The notes beneath the pieces were generated by a model. That model was not told where the DNA came from, ran no database searches, and was given only the letters and a program-made list of their open reading frames with translations. From the NCBI GenBank assembly GCA_951406725.2, contig OX597815.1:102424001-102488000 (forward strand): 64,000 nt of DNA, given 5' to 3'. The translations under genes were made by a program, and so were the position numbers. Position 1 is the stretch's first letter. Each line of letters begins with the position of its first letter. Below, one piece after another: positions 23,891-36,806 of this stretch. Origin of the DNA: Octopus vulgaris. Its lineage: Eukaryota.

Positions 23891-25159
23891 TATTTATCTG
23901 TCTATCTATCTATCTATATGGTTGGGAAGTAAATTTTTTAACCAGAAAACCATGTCTTTGCTGACATACACACGCATACACACACACATGCACACACATA
24001 CACATGCACACACACACATGCACACACATACACATGCACACACACACACACACACACTCTCTCTCTCTCTCTCATGCATACACACACATATACATATGCA
24101 AGTGCATGTGCTAGTTCTATTGTGGCTATATGTCTTACAGCTCTATTGCCTGCTGCAGCTTCATCCATTTAGATGTAGTATGGAGCAACAACTCATCTTA
24201 GAAGATACATATCATGCATGGATGTGAGACAAGCAGCATAGTATAGTCTAGGAGGTGTGTGTCTTCATAGCTATACTCACGTTTTGTCTATGTTCTAGAT
24301 ATCTTACTTTTTAAACTTCCTGATCTGGAGAAATACATCTGCCCACAATATTTGAGTGAATGGATATCTGTCTTCACATTGAGCTTTATTCAATAATAAT
24401 AAAATTATTGTTATATTTGGGGATGGTCATATTTTTTCCCAATTAACAGAAGACACATGGAATGGAGAACCACTGAAGGGGTCACTGGATATGTGACAAA
24501 AGTTTTAGACAAAGGCCACTAAAATAAGAATAATAATAAAGCTGAAGTGAAGAATGAGTATATAAGTGCATGTGATTAATTGCAACACACAATTTTGCAT
24601 CAGAAATTTTGCAAAACAAATACATTAACGTAACAATGAAATTATTGTAATATTAATAATCAACCTGTAAAGTCATATAATATTAACAATGATAATAGTA
24701 ATCTTTTCTTCATTACTTTATTCTGTTTTATGTCTTGGCTTTAAATATAAATAAGGAGAGAAGTAAAAATACTTGTACCTGGTTTGGTGTGATGACTTCT
24801 TGGATGATGGAAGGAAAAAGCATACTATAGTGTGGGCCAAAACAGTCCAGATATGTAGTGTCACTGATGCTTGACACAAGAGGAGGGAGGAATATTGCCT
24901 GAAGGTGAAAATCATTGTGATCTTGTATCAATGACAATGAAGTTAGTGCCCTGCAGTGCAAGCTGTCCGTAAAATATTGAATACTAAAACTGCCCCCCAA
25001 AAATCACTTTTGAAAAATGGGTGACATATTTTAAAGGTGAGATGACAGCCTGTGAAGTCACCAAAAAGCTTCATGTAGGGAAAAAAAATACCCTTGAGAC
25101 ATTCTGACAAAAAGGGAATACACATTATTCACTAGCCTTCTCTTTAATAAATTTATACC

Positions 25160-25380
25160 ACAATTTATTGGTTTCAAATTTTGGCACAAGACCAACAAAT
25201 TTGGGAGAGTGGGTAAGCCAATTACATTGACTCCAGTACTCAACTGATACTTATTTCATCGACTCTGAAAGGACAAAAGGTAAAGTGGACCAGGTGGAGT
25301 TTGAACTCAGAATTTAAAGATGGCCAAAACACTGCAAAGCATTTCAGCTGGCATGCTAAAGATCCTGCCAGTTTGCTGCC
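25160..25380 (-). mobile_element. SINE family A, CpG-decayed
   Basis: ggtttcaaattttggcacaag...ttgaactcagaa...cctgccagtttgctgcc. Confidence 0.8.
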
Positions 25381-25981
25381 ATTATGCCACTATATATTAC
25401 CTATAACTTTTAGTTGCAAGAACAGTTTTAAGAACTCTGCAAGTTTTGTTAAATTGTTGGCTTCCAAACTAATCTCAAATGGTCTATGCATTGATTTTTT
25501 TTGATCCTATGTAATGTCATGTTGGTGAATTGCTTTTTTTACTAACAACATTATTTCAGTTTTGTCCTCCATGATTTCTGTAAACCTTTTTGCAAAATTT
25601 GATTTCATCATAAGTAATTCCTTTGTGACAGAAGGTTAATAATCCCAGTTATTGAATTTTATGAATTTAGATATTGTTGAACTGTTCCTGCTTTCACACT
25701 TGACAAGGAACTCCCAAAGGAACAAAGTTGAAAGATGTTTTTATACTGATGATGGGTTACTAAATACTAATAAACTAAATCTATAACATATTGATAAACT
25801 AAGGGAAAATTTGCACCTATTCTTCAATGAACACATGTTAAAAAAAATTCACTATTGACCATAACATTGCATCTGCAAATTCCCTTGATATAATGCTAAG
25901 TGTAAATATTTATGCTAATCTTACCTCCAACCAAATCAAATCCTCAACTGTTAACACAATTTTATAGAATTTATTATTATG

Positions 25982-26200
25982 AAGGTGGTAAGCTGGCAGA
26001 ATTGTTAGCATGCTGGACCAAATGCTCAGTGGCATTTCATCCGTCTTTACATTCGGAGTTGAAATTCTGCAGAGGTTGACTTTGCTTTTAGTTCTTTTGA
26101 GGTGGATGAAATAAGTACCAGTTCAACACTGAGGTTGATGTAATCAACTAGCCCCCTTCTACCAAATTTTTAGGCCTTGTGCCTATAGAAGAAAGGATTA
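25982..26200 (+). mobile_element. SINE family A, CpG-decayed
   Basis: aaggtggtaagctggcagaattgttagcatgctgg equals the family head with CG>TG changes. Confidence 0.8.
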
Positions 26201-26529
26201 TTTGTTCCGATATGTGTTTCACTGTTGTGAGTGTTTGGAACTCTGCATTGGATGTTCTGAATGCAATTGGATGCTTAACTACAATGCAGATTATTATAAG
26301 TATTTTGAGAAGGAAGTAGAATGAAATTAATTGGCAGAGAGAGATTAAGTCACATGAAGAAACAGGAAAAAGGGAGACAGACAAGGAGAAAGAATAAAAA
26401 AGTGAGGGAGAAAAAACAGAATAAGAAATTAAAGAAAGAAAGAAATGAAAGAAAAACTAGGTTGGACAATCACAATAGGGATAAACAAAAAATATATAAA
26501 CAACTTAATAAAGGGAAAACGAATATATA

Positions 26530-27025
26530 AATAAATGAACATCAATGGAATTTGTATCCTTGTGGTACCAGTGCCGGTGGCACGTGGCACACAAGAAAAC
26601 CATCCGAACGTGGCCGTAGCCAGTACCGCATCGACTGGCCTCCGTGCTGTGGGCACGTAACAAGCACCATCCGATCGTGGCCGTTTTGCCAGCCTCATCT
26701 GGCACCTGTGTCGGTGGCACATAAAAAACACCATCCGAGCGTGGCCGTCTGCCAGCCTCGTCTGGCACCTGTGTCGGTGGCACATAAAAAACACCATCCG
26801 AGCGTGGCCGTTTGCCAGCCTCGTCTGGCACCTGTGTCGGTGGCACATAAAATCACCCACTACACTCTCGGAGTGGTTGGCGTTAGGAAGGGCATCCAGC
26901 TGTAGAAACACTGCCAGATCTGACTGGACTGGTGCAGCTTTTGGGCTCCCCAGACCCCAGTTGAACCGTCCAACCCATGCTAGCATGGAAAGCGGACGTT
27001 AAATGATGATGATGATGATGATGAT
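26530..27025 (+). mobile_element. Young RTE 3' UTR with 63-bp tandem units and (GAT)n tail
   Basis: ggcacataaaa recurs at 26716, 26779 and 26842; tail gcggacgttaaatgatgatg. Confidence 0.9.
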
Positions 27026-27064
27026 GTACCCAAGAGAGAAAGACAAGAAAGCTCACATACATAC

Positions 27065-27228
27065 ATATGATGGGCTTTCAATTTCCATTTACCAAATCCA
27101 CTCACAAGGCTTTGGCTGGTCTAGAGCAATAGTAGAAGGTACTGAGCCAAGATACCACCAAGTGGGACTGAGCCCAAAATGATGTGATTGGGAAGCAAAC
27201 CTCAAACTGCATGACCATTGTGCCTGCC
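27065..27228 (-). mobile_element. SINE family B 5' half
   Basis: accaaatccactcacaaggc...gtgggactgagccc. Confidence 0.7.
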
Positions 27229-27261
27229 CTACCTCTCTTCCCCCCCTCTCTCTATATATAT

Positions 27262-28510
27262 GAGGACAGCTGCATAAAGAAGTACCTGTCACTGAAAATA
27301 GATGGTACCCATAGAAGAGGGAGAGCCAGGAAGATGTGGGATGAAGTGATAAGGATTGATCTCAGGACGTTGGGTCTCATGGAGGAAATGATAGTGGACC
27401 AAGATGTCTGGCAATATGAGGTTCTCGAGAAGGCTTGTCCACATCAGCAAAACTTATTTCTAGAAGCACTGTGTGCCCCACCCACACTTAACAAGAAAAC
27501 CTCTCACACACCCTACCACAACAAACCAAACTATATCTCTACATCTCTCTTCCCTGCATTTCCACTTCATGCACTCTGCTTATCTCCCACTCCCCAATAC
27601 TGTCCTCTTGGCTGTGTCTCACTGTATCATATCATTGCTATCCGCTAACCCCCAACCTGTCTGTTCCACCCACACATAACAAGAAAACTTTTCACACACC
27701 CTGCCCCAACAAACCAATCTACATCTTTACATCACATTTCCTCCTTCATACACTACACCTACCTCTCACTCCCCAATCCTGTCCTCGTGACTTTGCTTGT
27801 TTGTATCATTGCTATCTGGCATTCCCCCACCCACTCTATATATATGCCGATTTCCACCACTCACTTCCCCACCCATCCTCACTCTCTAACCCCCCTCTCC
27901 TTTTGCAATATCCTGCCACTTATATTACTACCTTCAAACCTCAAGGGTATGCCCTGGCACTTCCCACCTTCTATATCTCTCTTCCTTTACTCAACCATCC
28001 CATTTATATTCTGATCCCCGTCCATTGTGAGTATGCCCTGCACTTTGCTACCATGTATATCCTGCTGTCTTCCACTCTCTTTCTCCTTCTCCTGCACTTC
28101 CCTTGGGTTGTATCTCCTTGCAACAGCACACCTGTTTCTGTCTTCATTCTTGATTGCATCTGGTCAGGTAACCTTGTACCCCAGCTACAGTAATACACCT
28201 GTTTCTGTCTAGTCAGTCCAGATGCCACTTAAAAAGCATCCAGTCTACACTGTAAAGTTGTTAGTATTTGGAAGGGCATCCAGCTGTAAAAACCTTACCA
28301 AAACTGACCTTGCCTGTCTTGTACCACGTAAAAAGCACTAAATCTACTCTGCTGAGTGGTTGGTGTTAGGAAGAGCATCCAACTGTAAAAAATCCTGCCA
28401 AAACAGTTACAGAAGCATGGTGCAAAGTCTGGTGCTGGCTCCTGCCTGGCCAGCTTCTGGTAAACTGTCCTACTGATGCCAGCATGGAAGGCAAAGTTTA
28501 AACGATGATG
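27262..28510 (+). mobile_element. Older RTE subfamily 3' end with long pyrimidine-rich, internally duplicated UTR
   Basis: RRGRARKMWDEVIRIDL..DQDVWQY; cccacac..aacaagaaaac unit at ~27481 and ~27669; tail aaacgatgatgat. Confidence 0.7.
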
Positions 28511-30391
28511 ATATATATATATATTTATACACGCACACACATACACACACAAACACATTGTATATCTATTTATGTTCCATTCACAAATAAATAGATGTAT
28601 GTTATTGTGCTGGTAAACCAGATTATTTCTTCATACCTAAAGGTTTTATCTAGTAGACGTTAGTCAATAATACTTATTGGTGGAGTTTGAAGTAATTCTA
28701 CAGGTTTGTAACATTGCTGTATATTGAGCATTTTGCATTTTTGCACGAAATACAATAGTACACTCATGCACACATACTCACATACATGCACACATATACC
28801 TGTACACACAAATGTATGTGTAAGCACATATATGTGCACATAAAAACAGACATATGCACAAAGGTACACACATACAGAGAAAAGTAGAGGAGTAGATATT
28901 GTATAGACATCATGTTAATTCTTGAAAAATTTATCCTAAGGGTATGATATATAACGAACTGCTTTAAAGATAGAAAGACAAAAATATATATATATAAAAT
29001 GTTTTAAAAAATGTCTGCATCTCTAAAGAAACGAAAAAAAAAAAAAAGATTAACTGAAAACTCAGAACCTAAAAATTTCTAACAAAAGTCAAAATATGCA
29101 AAAAGATAAAAGAAAGAAAGGAAGAAATATATGGAGAGTTCCAAATATTTGTGGGTTTATTGAGTTATTGATCTGTAATTAGCCACTATTGTTAACATCT
29201 TAGCTAGATTTACTGCTAAACCTGTTTCACCAATATCTCTCTATATCTCTGTGTGTCTCTATCTGTCTGTCTCTCTTTAGAAACATTGTGGCTCCTAATT
29301 CTTCTAAGGTGGGGGTAATATAGTAGTGGTTGTATAAGCTGTGGTAGTAGTTGTGGTGTAGGTGATTGTTTAGTCCCCTGTCAGTCCTTACCTATCGGAC
29401 CCATGGTTTAAATTATTCTGGGCATAGCTATCAAGTTTTTCTCTTTGAATACCTAGGATCTTTATAAGATAACAGGCTGGTAAGATGTGATGTGACAGTT
29501 TCTTGCAACCACATAAAAGCTCCTAGTGGTGACAATTCTAGTTGTAATAATAGTTGTATAAGAGTTTTAGAAGTAGTTGTATTGTGGTTTATGTAGTAGC
29601 CTTAATAGTAGTTCTAGAAGTTGTGGTTGAAGGTAGAACAACTGCAGTAGCTGCAGTTGTAGTAGCAATTCCGTATCAGTCCTGACTGAGCCGACTTATA
29701 ATGAAAGATATTCCAGTCATAATCATTAATCCATTTTTTTTCAGGCATAACACTTTTATGATTACATTTTCCATTGTATCTTATTTTTCAAAACAAGGGG
29801 ATATGATATGAATGAGATTTGGCTACTATCATTAGGCCCATGTAGAAGTTTCTTGTTGACTGAATGAAATTCAAGTTCATTTTTTAATGTGAGGAAGTAT
29901 GACAGTCTGACTGTCTGCAGTTTAATTTACTGTGACATTTGGATAAAGAAGCCATTCCTGCAATGAAAGACTCATTGATTTCCTTGTACAACTTTTAACT
30001 TCTACAGATAACCCTGTATATCTTCAAGACATGATGCACATCAAATATTCAGTTTTCTTAAAGTGTCTGGAATATATCTGATGTTTGGTTATAGTATTTC
30101 TCCAGTTTTAATTTTCTCTCTCACTGTTTTGCATCTATGTTCTACAAAATTGGAAAAGTTAATGTTGCAGTTTTCTGCTCTGATATACTTGTTTAGAATC
30201 ATACTAATTTGTCAGTCTAACTTTAAACATTTAGAATATCCACTTTGCAGTAGAGATCCCTTTCATTTAGATCAGCATTTTCTAACATTTTATCATACTG
30301 ATCTATTTGGGAAAATCAATAAAATACTGTGACACTTTTTTTTGAAAGATTAGAAACAGAAAAATCTGCTAATTTTATAAAATTAACATAT

Positions 30392-30601
30392 AATCTTTTA
30401 CTCTTTTACTTGTTTCAGTCATTTGACTGCGGCCATGCTGGAGCACCGTCTTTAGTCGAGCAAATTGACCCCGGGACTTATTCTGTGTAAGCCCAGTACT
30501 TATTCTATCAGTCTCTTTTGCCAAACTGCTAAGTGATGGGGACGTAAATACACCAGCATCGGTTGTCAAACAATGCTAGGGGGACAAACACAGACACACA
30601 A

Positions 30602-30654
<53 letters not shown>

Positions 30655-30817
30655 TACAAGAGGCTTCTTTCAGTTTCCGTCTACCAAATCCACTCACAAG
30701 GCATTGGTTGACCCGGGGCTATAGCAGAAGACACTTGCCCAAGATGCCACACAGTGGGACTGAACCCGGAACCATGTGGTTGGTTAGCAAGCTACTTACC
30801 ACACAGCCACTCCTGCG
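30392..30817 (-). mobile_element. SINE family B, near full length, with internal (CA)/(TA) repeat
   Basis: Reverse complement of the tRNA-like head at 30765-30817 (cacacagccactcctgcg); homologous to 7632-8003. Confidence 0.85.
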
Positions 30818-32674
30818 CCTAGATGGTTTGACAAGAGCTGGCTAGGCAGGAGCTTGCACCATGCTTCAAAACAGACACAAAAGCATGGTGCAGGCTCCTG
30901 CCTGACCAACTCCTGTCCAACACTTGCCAGCATGGAAAGAGGACGTTAAACAATGATGATGATGAGGAGGAGGAGGAAAAAGATTTGGGCTTTGTAAACA
31001 TACTAGAATTAAACCATAACAGCATTTGGGTTGAGATCCAAAGGTTAGGAACCTCTGTTTTACAGTGAAAAAGATTGTTTCCCCCACCCCACCAAAAAAG
31101 GCCTAAAATCATCACTCCAGGTCCTTTATGTGAAGTTGAATCTTCCATAAGCTTTAATGTACTAAACATTATTTTTCCAGAATATGCACTGCAGAAATTG
31201 GGATGCATCTAATATGTCTGTGCTTCTTTTATGCCATCCAATATTAGATGCATCCCAATCTTTTTTATCTTTTCTCTTTCAGCTTCACTTGACATTGACC
31301 CAAATGTCATTGTTCTTTCCCTTTATTTATCTCATCATTATTTTTCATTTTATTATCTTTTTCCATGACCCTCAGAAAAAAAAGGCAAACTCCCATGATT
31401 TTATTTTTTTTAGAGCCTCCATAATCGTGGCCCTCAAAAAAAGAATTTATCTTTATACTGGATTGCTTGCAACAGATTGGGCACCAGTAAAAGTCCCCAT
31501 GGGAACAGCTGGTGGTGTTAGACAGGATGACAAATTAAACCTATTTTGGCTGTTATTGGTTTGAAATCTGCTGTTGCTTCCAAACCTAATTTATCGTAAC
31601 TTAATTGTCTTCTATTCTGATACTCTGACATACATTTACCTGATTGTCGAGACACTTAATTTCGTAAAGATATATATGTTCTTTTATAGGTTTCAATTAT
31701 TGGGTTGTGCTGATGCTAGGGAAATGCATTCTATTTACGTTTCTTAATTTATCTTCTCATCTATTACAGCTTTTATGATCACAGTTGTTTTTTTTGTTTT
31801 TTTTGAATTTATATTCATTTTCATTATTACTACCTTCCTCATTTGCATATTCTAAAAATGTTATTGCTTTGGTATAATGGACTTTTAATAATAAGTATTG
31901 TAGGTTCTGATTGACATGTTCCTGAAGGTTTTTATTCATTCCTAATTTAGGCTTAAATTAAAATGGACAATAAAACTTTAAATTTGGCCTAAATTAAAAA
32001 TAGAGAAAATCCTTTAGGAATGTGTCAATCAGATAATGCTACAATGGTACCTATCAAAAGTCGACAATATTGGAGCTATAACATCTTTAGATTATGCAAA
32101 TGGGAAAGGTAGTAGTAATGATTATTGATTTCTTCATTGATCACCTATTGAACTTTACTTTATTTCAAACATGTAAATCTCATTCAACATGTTTTCCTCC
32201 ACTTCTGTAATCTACTATGATTTGATAGCTGAATGTGTTTTGAGATTTTCCATTAACATCCATCACTTTAGTTGCTCTTACCACAGTTTGATCTGAAATG
32301 GCTATTGTTTAGATCAAGGTCAATCTTGAAACAGTAGACCTATAATCAAAAGCATTCCAGTTATGACCATCCCACCTCCTATGCAAGCATAATTTTATGC
32401 TCTAATGTGTCCTTTAACTTTAAAAAAAGTAGTAGGTCCTAATTTGAAGGAGATATGGTTGCTATTTCTAGCAGATTGAACAATTGCATAGAATCTCTTT
32501 CTTGACTTGTTCCTGTGACTGATTCCCACTACTTCCTTCTGTTTTCCATTATTGGTTCTTACTAGTTCCTGTTGTTGGCTTACATGGTTGGTTTCTATTA
32601 ATTCTTACTGTTTTTTTTTTATTTGCAGGATCTCACAGTTTTTTTTTAATGATTATCATTTCATTTCTGCTTTC

Positions 32675-35435
32675 ATCATCATCATTATCATCGTTTAACG
32701 TCCGTTTTCCATGCTAGCATGGGTTGGACGGTTTGACCGGGGTCTGGGAAGCCAGGAGGTTGCACCTGGCTCCAGTCTGATCTGGCAGAGTTTCTACAGC
32801 TAGATGCCCTTCATAACGCCAACCACTCCATGAGTGTTGTGGGTGCTTTTCATGTGCCACCAGCACAGGTGCCAGGGGAGGCTGGCTGCAGCCACAATTG
32901 GTTGGTGCTTTTTATGTGCTACCGGCATGGAAGCCAGTCAAGGTGGTGCTGGCATCGGCCACGTTCGGATGGTGCTTTATATGTGCCACCAGCACAGGTA
33001 TCACAACTACAATTTCCCATTTGATGTTGATGTACTTCACTCAATAGGTCTCCTCAAGCACAGCAGGTCACCCTACGATCCAAGGTAAGCACAGCAGGCC
33101 ATTCTGTAAACCAAGGTACTTTGGATGGGCTGGGGCTGCTATGTGAAGCTGATGCAGGAAACAGCCATGAACTCACATTATTTGTCAGGTCTTCACAGTC
33201 ACAGCATATCTCCAGAGATCTCAGTCTTTCGTCATTGCTTCTGTGAGGCTCAACATTCAAAGGTCATGCTTGACCACCTCATCCCATGTCTTCCTGCGTT
33301 TACCTCTACCCTTGATTCCTTCAACTGTTTGGGAGTGGCACTTCTTCACACCTCTCTCCTCATCCATCTGTAGTACATGACCATACCAGTGCAAACCTCT
33401 CTCTTGCACGCCACATCCGATGCTTCTTATGTCCAGCATTTCTCTCAAAGCGCTTACACTCTGACGTGTGTGCACACTGACACTACACATCCAGTGGATC
33501 ATGCTAGCTTCATTTCTTTTGAGCCTGTGCATGTCCTCTGCAGTCACAGCCCATGTTTCACAGCCGTGAAGCATGGTAGTTTGCATGCATGCATCATACA
33601 ATCTACCTTTCACTCTGAGCGAGAGACCCTTTGTCACCAGTAGGAGTAGAAGCTTTCTAAACTTTGCCTAGGCTATTCTTATTCTAGTGGTGACACTTTC
33701 TGAGCATCCACCTCCACTACTAACTTGGTCACCTAGGTAGCATAAACTATCAACTACTTCTAGTTTCTTCCCCTGGAGTGTGATGGAATCTGTTTTCTGA
33801 GTGTCTGTGGTGTCTATTGCCCCTGTGCATCTGCCGCACACGAAAGCTATCTTCTCAGTTAATTTTCCTTTGATGTTGCTGCACCTCTTATGCATCCATA
33901 GCTTACACTGGGTACATCTTATGGAGTTTCTACCTACACCTTTTCTATAGATCGAGCAGGGCCACCTACCTGAGGTGGTGTGTGATAGGTTTGCCTTCCT
34001 ACTTACTATAACTTTGGTCTTTGCTACATTTACTCTAAGGCCTTTTGATTCTAAACCTAGCTTCCACACCCGAAATTTCTTTTCTCATTCTGGTAGTGAT
34101 TCTGCTATGAGGGCCAGGTCATCAGCATAGAGGAGCTCTCAGGGGCAACCTGTCTTGAATTTCTCTGTTATTGCCTGGAGGACTATGATGAATAAAAGGG
34201 GACTGAGGGCCGAACGTCGGTGGACCCTTACTTCTACCCAGAATTCTTCACTATACTCGGTGCAAATCCTAACCTTACTAACGGCCTCTCTGTATAGGGC
34301 CTGTAGAGCCCTTATTAACCATTCGTCAATCTCCAGTTTCCGCATTGCCCACCAGATTAGGGATCAGGGGACCCTGTCAAAGGCTTTCTCCAAGTCCACA
34401 AAAGCTATGTAGAGGGGTTTATCGTTAGCTAGGTATTTCTCTTGCATTTGTTCAACCAGGAATATGGCATCAGTGTTACTTCTACCCAGAACAAAACTGA
34501 ACTGCATCTCATCTAAGCAGACTCTCTCCCTAATGAGATGGGCTATGACCCTCTCTGTGACCTTCATCACCTGATCCAGCAGTTTAATATCCCTGTAGTT
34601 GTTTCTATCAAGAGCATCACCTTTACCTTTGTAGCAGACTATGGTGCTGCTACGCCAGTCATTGGGTATGATTCCATTATGAACTACCTGGTTTACAATG
34701 CGGGTGACTAGGCCATAGCCCACACCACCAGATATTTTAAGCATCTCAGCAGTGATTCCTGATGGGCTAGGGGCTTTTCCTGGCTTCATACCCTTAATTG
34801 CTATATCTACTAGGGAGCTGTCTATTGGGATAGTTGGTCCTCTACTGGGTCAATATTTGGCAGGCTCTCCTTCTCTCATTCATTCTCCACATTCAGCAGT
34901 CTTTCATAATGGCTTCTCCAAGCCTCTTTTTTTTTCAGAAACATTAAAAGCAAGTGCACCATCAGCCATGTGGACACATTTCTCTCCTGTGACATCACAA
35001 TTTTCTCTCACACACTGTCTAGCAATCCGAAATACCTCAGTTCTTTGGTCCTCACATCGCTGGACATTAGCAAACTTCTTCTTTTCTGCTTCACCCTTGG
35101 CTATGTATACCTGTTGCCCAGCCTCTCTTTTGGCTACCTGGTACAGTTCCCTGCTACCCCCACCCTTCCAGGCTTTCCAGGCCTGTTTCTTTGCTCTAAT
35201 GGCTTTGTCTACTGTACTATTCCACCACTACCACGTAACACTAGGTCTGGAAGGGACTTTGCACCATTTGCAGACTTGGTCTGTGGCACTCAGCAAGCTG
35301 TCCCGTAGGAATTTCCAGCTACCTTTTATGTCCGATGTCTGTAGCTCCTCCTCCCTCTCATCAAATTTCTTGATGAGGATGTCCCTAAATCTCTGACCAT
35401 GTGAAGGGTTCTTTAGCTTCCAAATCCTTCTTCTC
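32675..35435 (-). mobile_element. RTE-clade LINE, 5'-truncated, frameshifted
   Basis: KAPSPSGITAEMLK..AFVDLEKAFDRVP..ELLYADDL..LRVNVAKTK..PHD-like Cys cluster..YLGD..GRLYDAC; tail at 32675. Confidence 0.93.
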
Positions 35436-36806
35436 CCTCATAAATCAGTATTGTGGTGTAAATACTAAACATTCTTCCTTGATTTGATAACAATACCTAA
35501 TGGCACAATCTAAGTTAATCTGTGCGGTTACTCTCAGAGAATATGGTGCTAAGTTGAATTTTATCAGGTTATTGGTCATTAATATTCCACTTGTACCTTT
35601 CAACGGCAATGTATTTGCTAATGAGAGAACCCTATATTTTTCCTCACCCTGCTGTAATAACATACAAATATCCTTCATATCACACAAATTTAAGCACCTT
35701 CAAAAATAAAAGCTGAGCCTGAAAAGGACTAGGGTAGTCACTGATGAAATAATTCCCTTTAGCCCTACCTTCAATACTAAAAAAAAATGTCATATAGGAA
35801 TGACAGAAAGTAAATTCAAGCAGTGATATAAGAACACTGCTACACTGAAGCATAGTAACAAAAAAAAAAAAAAAATCTGCTAAGTCACATCTAGAAATGA
35901 AAATGCAGTGGCCAAAACTTCATCATAAAGTGAAGACTACTGGAAAGGTCAAAATAATAAAAAGATAGAAATAAAGTATGAGAAACCATACCAAATGAGA
36001 AGATACCCAACATCTAGAACACACACACAAGATCTGAAATTTAACTAATGTAAACAGTTTGTGAAACATTTGCTATGATACAACTACTGGATGAAAGATA
36101 AGAATATGCTATGCTACGTAGTGCAGGAACCTACTAAGATATCTCTGTGCTGAACTTTTTTTAATTCTGTTTCCATGGAAATATAACTTCATTTTTCTAA
36201 TATATTTTATACATCGTGTATTGAAGGTTTTGATTTTTGTTCAAACTAATGTTAACACACACACATACACACACGTGTGTAAAGAGTGATCATCAATAGA
36301 TAAAGTAACTAAGATCACAACTAGTTTGATAGATGCATTAAAAAGTTATTTATCTTAATGAAATGAGAAATTCCAGAGAAATATGCACTATTTATATGGA
36401 GTGACTGAGTGATGGAAAAAAACTGCAAAGAAATTTTAACTGAGTAGGTTTTATTGACAATTTATTGCTTCTTACCTCCTGTTTAACTTTATTAACCACA
36501 TCTAGCCATACTAAGTCTTCAGGTTTGGTGGCGTCAGAGAATCAACAATCTTTCCTTCTCCTCAAGTAAATAAATTATTTTTTAAAAAGTCCAAAATATA
36601 AAATAAACATTTTCAAGTTTCTTAAAATATATAACTTCTTTTCCTTCATCCTGTTATCTCAATAAATAACCGTTTATCCCACTTTATAATGTTTTAACCT
36701 TTTTGGCCATTTCTTTTTCTTTTTATTTATCAAGTGAATGTATAATATGCTGTTGTCTCTTGCAATTATTGAAGTGAATTTGTTTTGTTTTATTTGCAGA
36801 GTCTAC

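Noticed and set aside
26666-26851. Regularly spaced repeats resembling a CRISPR array
   Set aside because: Contiguous tandem units without unique spacers, no cas genes, eukaryotic LINE UTR context
31400-32000. Possible coding remnant (minus) or internal exon (acceptor-like ttttatag at ~31689)
   Set aside because: No recognisable motif or sustained reading frame; splice sites cannot be supported without RNA data
34752-35396. 214-aa plus-strand ORF
   Set aside because: Antisense shadow of the RTE ORF
35445-35709. Overlapping short ORFs in unique-looking sequence
   Set aside because: No domain recognised; probably old TE debris
36738-36806. Hydrophobic, signal-peptide-like N-terminal extension of the 245-aa ORF
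   Set aside because: It coincides with a T-rich tract and AG acceptor, so it is most likely intronic
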